Positions 31,067-41,852 of a stretch of 47,855 nucleotides of DNA are shown here, piece by piece. The notes beneath the pieces were generated by a model that saw only the letters and a program-made list of their open reading frames with translations, ran no database searches and was not told the origin of the DNA. The DNA is taken from contig NW_013657644.1 in NCBI RefSeq assembly GCF_000142905.1, forward strand, positions 66,285 through 114,139, written 5' to 3'. How positions within the stretch are numbered: the first letter of the stretch is position 1; each line of letters starts with the position of its first letter. The position numbers and the translations under genes were made by a program. Source of the DNA: Thecamonas trahens ATCC 50062 (lineage: Eukaryota; Protista; Apusomonadida).

Positions 31067-32559
31067 ATGGCTGGAAGCAAGCAAGACGAGGGCATTGTGG
31101 GCCGGCAGCTCTACCGACAGGGCTTCTTCCCGCGGCTGAGATTCCGCTGTCAGGGGCGGGCGGTGACCTCGCGCGACCGCAACCTGTTCTACGCCGCAGT
31201 GGGCGCGACGTATCTCCCTGCTGTGATCTTTGTGGGGAGCATGTACGTGGCGGGAGGGAGATGGGGCGGAGTAAGAGTAGAAGAGATGAAAGGGAGGGGG
31301 GAGGGGGGGAAGGCGACTCATGGCGATGGCAATGTTTGGTTACGATGGCTGGTCATGGCTTGGGTGATCGCGCTCGTGTCCACAGTATTCCGGTGGCACA
31401 CTCGGAACAAGCGCTGCCGGTGTGGGCGCTGGCTCCGCTCACGATGATGGTGCTGATGATACAGGCGGCGGCAATGGCCAGGGTCCACTATGCCGACCCA
31501 GGCATTGTGCCGGGCACATCGGCGTACGGCGACGAGCGTGACAGCAAGGGCGCGGTCGTTCTCTCTGCTGCTAACTTTGCCATCCCCATCAAGCGGACTC
31601 CCTGTCGCGGCATGAACGTGCTCGCCAAGTACTGCCATGCATGTCGGGTCTACCGCCCGCCGCGGGCGTCGCACTGCTCGCGATGCTCGACGTGCGTGCT
31701 CAAGTTTGACCACCACTGCCCATGGCTCGGCACTTGCATCGGCGAGTGCAACTACCACGCCTTTCTCACCTATCTTGCGCTCACTCTCGTCCTCACTCTC
31801 CACACGGTTCTTGTCTGCGTCATGGTCATCCTCCGCCTTGGTCTCAGCGCTCCGTTTGGCCAGGGCTACTCGATGGGAGAGGTTCTGCGGCGGGTGCCGA
31901 TGGCCATTGTGCTCATTCCGTACGCTGGGCTCGTCTGCCTTGCCGTTGGCTCGCTCTTTTCGTTCCACCTCTACCTCATTGCCTGCAACATGACGACTGC
32001 CGAGTACCTTAAGAAGCCGAGCCACCATCCGTACCGAGACTCGATCGCCGTCCACTGCCTTCGTGCATGGTGCCTCGTCCGCCCCGCGCCGCTTGACTGG
32101 CGCGGGCCCAGCGCTGTCTGCGCCGACGACCCCGGGCTCTCGTACGATCTCGAGCTTGGAGGCGGCAAGGCGGTCGCTGCATACAACGTCGAGCTTGGCG
32201 ACTTTCTGGTTCCTGCCAGCAGCGACGAGCTTGACGATGCTGAGCGCGAGGTGGTATTTGATGATGCGGGCGCGGCCGATCGGGACGGCCACGGCATGGG
32301 TCTGGAACTGGCGCCGCTGGTGGCGTCGCTCTCGCACTCGTGCTCAGAAGACGGTGCGTGGTCTGGCGGGCCTGCTGGCTCGGAAGCCGACTCTACCTCG
32401 CACGTCTCGTCGGTCTCGTCCGAGGGTGAGCCGCTCTTGATGCGACGGCTGCAGCGCCAGTCGCGATCGTCATCGCGAGCTTCGTCTCGGACCTCGTCAC
32501 GCCGGATCTCGTCGGGCGGGTATGTAGTGAGCGGCGGCGGCGGCGGTGGGCGTGTGTAG
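31067..32559 (+). CDS. DHHC palmitoyltransferase, Erf2/ZDHHC9-14-18-like; exons 31067-31242 and 31386-32559
   Basis: DPG, KYCHACRVYRPPRASHCSRCSTCVLKFDHHCPWLGTCIG and NMTTAE. Exon 1 (FPRLRFRCQGRAVTSRDRNLFY) resembles the ZDHHC9/14 N-terminus. The GTACGT..CAG intron is in phase. Confidence 0.9.
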
Positions 32560-32607
32560 CCGACGGGTGCAGCATGCACATGTGGCACCGATTGTTTTAC
32601 CAACTGC

Positions 32608-35600
32608 TCAGTTGTAGATCTTGATCGAGTGACCCGACGAACGGGTGGAAGTCGGCGTGGCGCGGATGTCCTCGACCTTCTTGTTGGCGTGACGAATGCC
32701 GATGTAGTCCGAGTTGAAGAACTTGTGTCTGTTGAGGATGTACGCGTCGTCGAGGGTCTTGGGCGAGGAGAACGAGACAAGGTAAAACTTCCAGGCGGCA
32801 AAGTCCTCGTCGGGGATGGCGAAGCGAGCCTTGACGCGAGCCTTGAGGTCGGCGACGGGCTCACCGGGGCGGAGGTACATCATGAACGGGGTGCCAAAGG
32901 TGTGGTGGATGGACTTGACAAAGTGGTTAAAGAACATGGCCTTGGAGCCGGCGGGCACATCGATCTCGTCGGCAGGCACGGGCTCGACGCGGACGATGGC
33001 GTAGTGCGGGATGAGATGAACCGGGTCACCCTCGTCGAAAAGGCGCACGATCTTGGCCAGCCGCGAGACCTCGAGCATGCGCAGCGGACCGTCAAAGCCA
33101 GCGGGAACATCGGCGTCGGCGCGGGCGGCGAGGGTGTCACGGAGCTCGTTGAGGACGTCGGCAACGGTGGCGGCGTGCTCGACGTAGAGGTCGAGGGTGG
33201 ACTCGCGCTCGCCAGTGAGCGAATGCAGGTGCAGCGAGAGCTTGCGCTTGGTCTCGATCTCCACCAGCGGACGGTCGAGGACCTCGTAGTAGAGAGTGTC
33301 GGCGAGCGGCTTGTAGTGGGTGTAGAGCATGCGGAAGAGGGTGAGCTCGGTGCCCGAGACCGGCGTCCGCCGCAGCGGCTGCCGCTTCGGCCCCTTGGTG
33401 TACGCGTTAAAGCCGGTGAGCCGGATGTGGTCCGCGCTGTAGCCGGTGGCAGCGCCGAGCGCCTCGACCACCATCGAGTAGCTGTCCTCTTGGGTCAGGT
33501 CGAGCGTAGTCGTCACCGCAGACTTGTCCTTGGCCGCCGCCTTTTCAAGCGGCACAAACTTGATGAGCAGCCGGTTGACAATGTACGTAAAGTAGTCAGG
33601 CACCGTCGGGTGCGCCACGTCGCCGCCGGTCTCCTCGCCGCCGGGCGCCTTCTGGAAGCAGAGGATGTCGCCATTGCCCAGCTCGGCCGCGTTGAGGTCG
33701 TGGCTCAAGTTGACCTCGTCGATCATGATCGGATCGGCCGTCTTGATCTCCTCGTACACCACCAGCGGCACGTCGGCTTCCAGGCCGGCCATCTCGCGCA
33801 TGACCGGGAGCAGTTCGGCAATCGAGGTAGTCTTCTCCACCACCTTGCGGCCGACGTACATCAGCTCGTGGGCGACCGGGTCGTAGTACTTGAAGAACAG
33901 GTTGGCCTTGGTCGGCGTGATCTCTTCAAACGAGCCCGACTCGGGAAGAACCTCGAGGAAGAGCTTGCACGCGGTGAGCGACTTGAAGAGCGACGTGATC
34001 CGCGCCGAGTACTTGTCGTCTGGCACGATGCGCGACGGCCGCGAGGTCTTGTTCTTGCGGTTGAGCCAGTACCAGTACCGCTGCGACGCCGCTGGGATGC
34101 CCCACTTTTTCTCGACCTCCTTCTTGAGGCCCTCGAGCGTCGAGTCCTTCTTGACCTTGATAGGCTCGACGTTAGTCACGTTGACCAAGTCGACGTCACG
34201 GTGGCCCTCCAGGTCCTTGTCGCGGATGATGCGGATGTTGACGTAGAGGTGTGCCTCGCGCCGCGCCTTCTCCTGCTCGGCCCGCTCGGCGTTCTCGCGC
34301 TCAATGCGCTCGCGCAGGTGCTCCGGAATGACATCGTCCGTCAGCTCCTCGTTAACCCAGTGCGAGTCGGCCCGCCGGACGTAGATAAGCATGTACGCGT
34401 TGGTGTACCGCCGCGCCATCCGGATGCTGCGGAACCCGTCGTTGCCGCCTGCGCTTGGCGTCCACCCAAAGTTCTCGTTGAGCGCCTGCTTGTCCTTCAC
34501 CTTGATCACCTTGTCGTCGTCGAACCGGAGCCACTGAGGCTCGTCCGACGGCCGCACAAACGCGTAGTAGTGCCCGCCCTGCACTCCGCCCGAGTGGATG
34601 AGGACGCCAAAGAGATCGTAGACCTGCGGCACACTCTTGTCCGCAGACTCGGAGAGGTACTTGTCCAGCTCGAGCACCGTCGGGAACTCAAACCGGTCGT
34701 TGATCTTGTTGAACGCGCCCGTCTGGTAGTCGTACTGGAACCGCTTGAGATGAAGCTGCAGGACCGGTGGGAGGACCTCAAAGCGAATGCCCTTGACCGC
34801 GTCCTGCTTGCCATAGTCTTCGGTCGAGTACTGGTTCTCGCCGTCGAGCGTGTCCTCGGCCACGTAGTCCTCAAACGCGTCGTACACATTCTTGTTGCCC
34901 TTGACGTCGAGCGAGACGTCAAAGAACGACTCGGTCCGCGTCGACGAGTAGTCGACGTTGAGGCACTTGATGTAGTTGAACAGCTTGCCCTCAAACAGCT
35001 TGCCGATCGCACCTTCCACCTCGGTCCCCTTCATCTTGGTCTCCAGGTTGTCGCACAGGACTCGGTTGAGCTCCTGCACATCGTGCTGGTAGAACGACTC
35101 CATGGCGTCCCATCCAAACGACTTGGTCAGCTCCTTGGTCGACACCGCAGACTCGGCAAACTGCATGTTGTAGAAGAGCCGCTGCAACGCAAGCGGAATC
35201 GATGCGCCCACCTTGTCCTCCTCCGTCGGGAGCTGATACACGCACTTGCGGAAATACTTGGTGTGGTACAGCGTCTGGAGCAGCGAGTTCATGTAGCACG
35301 TCGCTCCCTGGTTGAGAATGCCCACAAACCCCGTCTCCTTCCGCGAGTCGTAGTTCCACCAGTTGTACGCCGTAAACGGCTGCTCGAGCACCTCCAGCGT
35401 GCACTCGACCACAAGCTTGTCGTCCACCAGGAAGCCGGCGTCCGGGTCAAGCACCTTGTCCAGCGTCATAAACTTGGAAAAGCCCCAGTCCGTCGACGTC
35501 TTGACAAACAGGTGCGTCGCCGCACGAAAGTGCGAGTCTTCCGCGTTCTTCTGGTTCACAAGCTGAAGCCGGAACTCCGTCTGCGCCCGCCACGTCGCGT

Positions 35601-36191
35601 CCACAGAATCATCCTGCACACACTCGAGGAAGAGCGAAAAATGCCCGGCCTCGTTGCCCTTGGGGAAGCAGAGCACCCGCCACTGCCGCCCCTCGGCCTC
35701 AAACGCCTCCGACCAGATCTTCTTGTCCGTCACCTGCGAAAAGTTCTCGATCTCCCAGTGCGTGATAAACGTCTTGTCGTCCGAATCGGCAGAATCCGAC
35801 TCGGTCTCGGCTTCCGCGAGCGCGCCGTCTGCCGCATCGTCTACCTCCCGCCATGCACCCACCATGTTCCACCATGAGTCCACCCGTCACCTGCAGCTTC
35901 AATATTCCCCCACCCACCCACCCACCCGCTCCACCTCCCTACTAGCCCTGCCTTCCAAGCTTTTCCCCTCTGTGCCCAGCCGCGCATGTCGCCATGATCG
36001 ACGAGACGGCAACAGCATGTGGAACAACGACGAAACGAAGGCGAAAGCGAAACATCTGCATGCCTTGCCTGCGCGCCGCCGGCCTCCACACCCCGCGCCT
36101 CCGAAAGCTCTATGCCCCCCCCATCCCTCGCTTTGGCCCCTGGCTCCTTGGACCGCATACCCAACATCGCCGTTGCCGTCAAACCTTCCAT
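32608..36191 (-). CDS. USP7: Ubiquitin-specific protease 7 (USP7/Ubp15); proposed exons 36191-36161 and 35840-32608
   Basis: MATH domain (WEIENFS..WRVLCFPKGN..DWGFSKFM), Cys box NQGATCYMNS, QHDVQE, His box GGHYYAF, WLRFDD, UBL repeats and C-terminal SIKIYN. The short first exon MEGLTATAML with a GTATGC donor is inferred from phase. Confidence 0.95.
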
Positions 36192-36873
36192 GGTCGGGGG
36201 GTGGGCCCGCCTGGCCAGGTCGCAAGTCCGGAAAAAAAACGAAGGTCGCCAGTCGGCGGCTGGAAGCAGGCCTCCAACTGGCGATAGCGGGGGGACGACG
36301 GGGGAGACGCAGAGCAAGGGCCACAGCCAACGAACTGAACGAGAAGGGGAAGGGGGGAGTGACTGGCATCAAGCATGAGACTTCACCTTGTAACATACTC
36401 GAGATGGGGATATCAGTCTCGGGGTCCGACATGTTCCCTCAAACGGAGCTCCAGAGTGGGGTGTACCCCCCTCACCCCTTGGCCTTGGCCGTCGTTCCTT
36501 CTCCTTCCTTCCGGTTTCTCCCCAGCCACAAACCCACTGGCCACTCACTCTCGGCCACCAGCCGCCAGCCACCAGCCACCAGCCATCAGCCACCAATTCT
36601 GTTCCTTCCCATGAAAAACATGTCCGTGCCCACCAGTTTCCCCCCTCCTCCCCCACCCCTCCCTACACCCTTCCCCTACCTCCTTCCCTCCCCCCCCCCC
36701 CCCCCCTTACACACACACACACACACACACCTCCCCCCCTTCCCCACCTCTCCCTTCTACTCCCCTCCCCTCCTCCTTTACACCCACCCACCCCTACAGC
36801 TACAGCCCTTCCCCTCCCTCTGCCTGCCCCTGCCCCCCGCCCGTCACACTCTCGGTTTGTCAGCAACCGAGCC

Positions 36874-38512
36874 ATGGCTAGTACGAGTGCAGAGGCCCAG
36901 GTGGGCGATGGGATGGTGTACAAGTCGGAGGACATGCCTGTCAAGATTGGCAAGAGCAAGAACTGGTTGGATGGCCATGTGGTGCTGCGGTCAAACGGGG
37001 TCGTCGTCCGCCTGGCTGGCGAGGTGGACAAAGCCAGCGAGCTCCTGGCTAGCCTGCCCGAGGCGGTGCGGACGCCCGACGGCTACATCCGCATTCCGCT
37101 CGATACGATCACTCGGGTGACCAAGACCCGCCGCAAGACCCATGTCTCGGTCGTCCGCATTGAGTCCTCGCTCGGGCTCCGCATCCAGGGCGAGCCGAAG
37201 GAGTCGAGCCCAAGCGAGTGGCTCGACGCCATCACCCTCGTTCTCAACGAGCACACCCGCGTGCTCACGCTCGAAGCGGCGCTCGAGGCCGCGGGGGGGC
37301 TCGGCGATGGTGTCGAGCCCGGCGTTGATGACCATCGCGGCGACCTGGACCTCACCACTGTCGATGAGTCGTCGACGGTGGTGTTCGGCAAGCACCTGCA
37401 CCAGTTGCTGTGGCGGGACAACGTGCCGTCTATTGCCGTCCATCCGCACCTGCGCAAGATGGTTGCCTTTGTTGAGGCCCACGGACTCGAGACCGAGGGT
37501 CTCTACCGGGTCCCCGGCTCGCAAAAGTCATTTTCGAGCTCCGCGACGCCATCGACGCCGGCGCCGACCTTGTCCTCGACGACCAGCTCGACCCCAACGT
37601 GGTCGGCGGTCTGCTCAAGCTCTATCTCCGCGAGCTCTCCGAGCCGCTCATCCCTTTTGAGCTCTACGAGGCTTTTATCGGCGTCGGAGCGCACTACGGC
37701 GACGTCGACGAGACGACCCGCACGCTGTACATGAAGCTGCTGGTCGACCACCTGCCGAAGCGCAACCGAGTCCACCTCGACTTTATTGTCGCCCACCTCG
37801 TCAACGTTGCCAAGCACTCGGACGTCAACCTGATGGCTCTCCACAATGTGGCTCTGCTGTTCGGCGCCCTCCTCCTCCGTCCGCCCAACGCCACCGCGCT
37901 CGACATGATGCAGACAACTTCGGTGAGCTCAGCGACTGCCAAGCTCCTCATCGGCCACTACGACCGCATTTTCTCCTCCCGCGGCTCGCGCTTCCAGCTC
38001 CTCGCCTGCGTCCGCGCCGCCTTTACGTTTGAGGCTCAGCTCGACAACGAGCTCGAGCTCGCCGAGGGCGACATCGTCTTTGTTGCCCACGAGGAGAATG
38101 ACGAGTGGTTCTTTGGCTACAAGAACGACGTATCGGGCATCTTCCCAAAGAACTTTGTTTCCACCATCATCGACTTTGTGCCGTACGCTGGCGACGCCGC
38201 CGGTGGTGATGACTCGACCTCTACTCCTGCCTCTGCAAGCACCCCCGTCGCACCTCGGTGGCCGTCGAGCCCGAGACGCCGCAGCCTGATGCCACTCCCC
38301 GGGCCGATTCAATCGAGCAAGGCGATGAAGGCTACCACGACGCCAGCCCTGACGATGCCTCGGCCGCCTCGGCCGACTCAGCCGACTCGTCCGACTCGTC
38401 GCTCTCGTCGCGCAGATCGCGTCTGGCGTCTCCGCCGCCGGCGGAAGCTCCAATGTCTGTTCCTGCTGTCGTCGCCGACGTCTCATCTCCCTCTGCTTCC
38501 CTTTCTGATGCT

Positions 38513-38571
<59 letters not shown>

Positions 38572-38866
38572 TGCGCCTGCTCTGTCTTCTATTCCTGCTG
38601 CTGCGTCTGCTGCTGCGTCTGCTGTTGTACCCGCACCTGCACCTGCATCTGCACCTACACCTGCATCTGTACCCGCTACCACTACCGACGACGGGCCCCT
38701 CCTTGCCCGTATCGAATCTCTCCAGTCGGATCTCGCAACCGAGCGCGCCGCGCGGCTCGCCGCCGAGGCGCGGCTGTCCGAACTCGAGTCGCTCCTCGCA
38801 GCCCTCACCTCCCGCGTCACCGATGTCGAGATGGCCAGCGTGGCTGCCCTCACTGGGGTTGAATGA
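36874..38866 (+). CDS. PH-like + RhoGAP + SH3 + C-terminal coiled-coil protein (two apparent frameshifts near 37525 and 38245)
   Basis: VFGKHL, arginine finger EGLYRVPG, VGGLLKLYLRELSEPLIP, NLMALHNVALLFG; SH3 FEAQLDNELELAEGDIV..EWFFG..GIFPKNFV; coiled coil IESLQSDLATERAARLAAEARLSELE. These are spread over three consecutive frames. Confidence 0.85.
38510..38571 (+). repeat. (GACGCC)n hexamer repeat encoding (DA)n
   Basis: About 10 gacgcc-type units seen directly. Confidence 0.9.
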
Positions 38867-39048
38867 TCATGCCCTTTATCAAATAATGTCTGCACCAGAC
38901 CACAGCGCACCAGCCAACGCTCCCGTGCAGCACGGCAAGTAGCCTCTCAAACAGCTGGCATGACCTTGAGCCATAGACGAAAGACCACAACCACCGCCGG
39001 GAACGCCACTCCTGCCACCCCAACCCACCGCTCTCCAACACCACAGCC

Positions 39049-40160
39049 ATGGGCAAAAAGGGCCAGCTGGTGATTGGACCTGCAGGCTCTGGCAAGGTAC
39101 GCCCCCTCTCCCCCCCCTCCTCCCATACGCATGATGTCTTCTGTCTTCCTACCCATCTCCCGCCCTCGCCACCTGCTGCTGAGACGGACATGGTGGTCGG
39201 GATGGATGGGGAAGGTGGCCGAGTGACAAGGGGGTGGGAGAGTGAAACACACTCGCACTCTGCACTCACGCACAGATACACGCACACGGCCATGGTGACA
39301 CTGGATGTATCCTGGAACTATGGTCTTTGCTGGATACCATGTCGATCGTGGTGCAGTCTACCTACTGCGAGACCATCCATCGATACTGCTCGGAGCAGGG
39401 TCGGACGGTCCATGTGGTCAATCTCGACCCTGCGGCCGAGGTGTTCAACTACCCGGTGGCTGTGGACATCCGGGATCTGATCAAGGTTGACGATGCAATG
39501 GACGTGCTGCACTTTGGGCCGAACGGCGGCCTCATCTACTGCATGGAGTACCTGCTGGCGCACTCTGAGTGGCTGGAGGACGCCATCGGCGACTTTGACG
39601 ACGACTACCTCATCTTTGACTGCCCCGGGCAGATCGAGCTGTACATGCACGTGCCGATGGTCAAAGCACTGATGGGCATGCTCGACCGGCTCGGCTACAC
39701 CATCGCCTCGGTTTACGTCATCGACTCGCAGTTTGTGTCGGACCCGGCTAAGTTTATGTCAGCCAATCTGATGTGCCTCTCGGCCATGCTTCAGCTCGAA
39801 CTCCCACACGTCTCGGTCCTCTCCAAGGTCGACATTCTCAAGGCACAGCACGGCGGGGAAGAGCCCGAGTTTCTAGAGGACTTTCTTTCGCCGGACCCGC
39901 TGCGGCTGATGCAGAAGATGTCGTCCAGCATGGACTCCAAGTTCTACTCGCTCACCGACGCCATTGCCGGTCTGCTCGACAACTTTTCCATGGTCTCCTT
40001 CCTTCCGCTCGACATTACCGACCAGGACTCGATCGACTACGTCCTCTCGACCATCGACTACGCCATCCAGTACGGTGAGGATCTCGAGCTCAACGAGCCT
40101 GCCGAGCTGGAGGATGAGGTCGACTTGCAGGACGCGCTCGCGGCGTGGAGCCGCCCGTGA
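39049..40160 (+). CDS. GPN3: GPN-loop GTPase 3; exons 39049-39096 and 39357-40160
   Basis: QLVIGPAGSGK|STYC, VVNLDPAA, GPNGGLIYCMEYL, FDCPGQIELY, and the GPN3-type C-terminal IDYAIQYGEDLE. The GTACGC..CAG phase-0 intron splits the P-loop. Confidence 0.93.
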
Positions 40161-40179
40161 CGGCTTCAGCCTCTCGTGC

Positions 40180-40992
40180 TTACGAGAACGTCCACTCGGA
40201 CTCGTTCGGATTGTCCAGTCCGGCGTAGTCGTCGCGCCGCGGGTCGGCGCAGAAGATGTATCCGACAAGGAAGATGACCGAGACGAGGAGCATGGCGGTG
40301 CCAAAGCCAAAGAGCACCGCAGCCTCAGTCAGGTCCATGGTCTTGGCCATAAACCCAAACACAATCGCCACAAGCGTCAGCGCGCACCCGGTCACCCCCA
40401 GCGCCGCCGCCAGCGGCTTGGCCCGCCCGGGAGACACGTCCGGCACCGCCTCGGCCGAGTCCTCCGACCACTGCCGCTCAATGTCGTCAAGCACCGCCGC
40501 CACATCGTCGTCGCCATCGCTCCCGCCAGCGTCAGCCTCGGCCCGATCCAGCGCAGACTCGACCGCCACCAGCCGTTCGCGCACCTCGCTGCTCGACAAC
40601 GCCTGGCCCGACCGCCGCACAAACGCATCGTACGCCACAGAAGTCCGCTTCAGCCGCCGGCGCTCCTCCTCGGTCAGCTCGTCGTCGTCGCCGCCATCAC
40701 CGTCGCCGTCGTCGTTCCCCTCATGCCGGCTGCTCGCCCCGACACCTCCTCCGCCGCCACCGCCGACCATCCGAGTCTTGCGCTTTGCCCGCCGCTCGGC
40801 CATCCGCGCGTTGAGTCGAGCCACCGAAGCCTTGGGTGGCGGCGCCAGCTTGGGAGTCGTCTCTGCTGCTTCCCCCGCACCGCCTGCGGTAGAGCCACCT
40901 GCCGCAACGCCAACCCCAAGTCCGGCCCCAGCACCAGCACCACCGTCTTCAAACTCATCCGAGTGGGATGAAGATCCACGTCCGTCGTCCAT
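40180..40992 (-). CDS. Hypothetical protein with two C-terminal transmembrane helices
   Basis: 270-aa ATG-started ORF filling the space convergent to GPN3; hydrophobic segments LAAALGVTGCALTLVAIVFGFMA and AAVLFGFGTAMLLVSVIFLVGYIFC. Confidence 0.65.
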   Translation of the reverse strand: MDDGRGSSSHSDEFEDGGAGAGAGLGVGVAAGGSTAGGAGEAAETTPKLAPPPKASVARLNARMAERRAKRKTRMVGGGGGGGVGASSRHEGNDDGDGDGGDDDELTEEERRRLKRTSVAYDAFVRRSGQALSSSEVRERLVAVESALDRAEADAGGSDGDDDVAAVLDDIERQWSEDSAEAVPDVSPGRAKPLAAALGVTGCALTLVAIVFGFMAKTMDLTEAAVLFGFGTAMLLVSVIFLVGYIFCADPRRDDYAGLDNPNESEWTFS

Positions 40993-41345
40993 GACTGTGC
41001 AAGAGTGATGTGTGCCCGTACTCGTCCTCGCACTCGCACTCGCAACTGAAGCCAGGAAGCGGTGAGTGGCCTGCTGGCTGACTGGTTGGCTGGCTTTGGG
41101 TCATTCAACCCGGCCATAGACCGGCCGACCCACAGACCGACCGACCGCGCAACACACACTCGATTCCGGTCGAGTGGTCGCTCCAGGTGGGGCGAGGCGG
41201 CTTGGCCTTGGCATCTGCCACTGTCACCTGACTTCCACTGCCTCTCTCCGGGCAACATGGACCGCCATGCCAGGGTATGTGTCATGAGAGAGATAATGAA
41301 TGGGGGGGGGGGGGGGGGTGTATACCCCCACGAGGGGGGGGGGGG

Positions 41346-41720
41346 NNNNNNNNNNNNNNNNNNNNNNNNNNNNNNNNNNNNNNNNNNNNNNNNNNNNNNN
41401 NNNNNNNNNNNNNNNNNNNNNNNNNNNNNNNNNNNNNNNNNNNNNNNNNNNNNNNNNNNNNNNNNNNNNNNNNNNNNNNNNNNNNNNNNNNNNNNNNNNN
41501 NNNNNNNNNNNNNNNNNNNNNNNNNNNNNNNNNNNNNNNNNNNNNNNNNNNNNNNNNNNNNNNNNNNNNNNNNNNNNNNNNNNNNNNNNNNNNNNNNNNN
41601 NNNNNNNNNNNNNNNNNNNNNNNNNNNNNNNNNNNNNNNNNNNNNNNNNNNNNNNNNNNNNNNNNNNNNNNNNNNNNNNNNNNNNNNNNNNNNNNNNNNN
41701 NNNNNNNNNNNNNNNNNNNN
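41346..41720. other. Assembly gap (N run)
   Basis: N characters. Confidence 1.
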
Positions 41721-41852
41721 ACCTCCCTCCCTCCTACTCGCCCTACCCCCAACCACCGACACGCTCCTCCACCACCCCTCCCCCCCCCCCCCTCCCCCCC
41801 ACCCCCCAACCCCCAACCCCCAACCCCCTCACACCCTCTCGTTTGCATGTAG

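Noticed and set aside
30874-31385. N-terminal 170 aa of the DHHC ORF as given in the track
   Set aside because: Wrong frame or intronic; the family-like N-terminus is in another frame starting at ATG 31067 and splices in phase.
32629-35877. 1082-aa ORF antisense to USP7
   Set aside because: It is the codon-aligned antisense frame of a strongly GC3-biased gene, which rarely contains stops. The translation is V/L/R/E-rich with no motifs.
17134-36191. Apparent ubiquitin-proteasome cluster (UBR ligase, PSMB4, USP7)
   Set aside because: The genes are interspersed with unrelated ones, and such genes are numerous enough for chance proximity.
35654-37120. 488-aa + strand ORF across the USP7/RhoGAP spacer
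   Set aside because: Low-complexity Pro-rich translation of C-rich intron and promoter sequence, overlapping two real genes out of frame.
38510-38571. Short tandem repeats as possible CRISPR, telomeric or mobile-element signatures
   Set aside because: They are simple coding microsatellites with no spacers, terminal repeats, or transposase/RT ORFs anywhere in the window.
38258-38942. C-terminal extension of ORF 37599-38942 (PTPTPT, LHLHLH)
   Set aside because: Out-of-frame reading after the apparent frameshift; the 38258-38866 frame gives the protein-like coiled coil.
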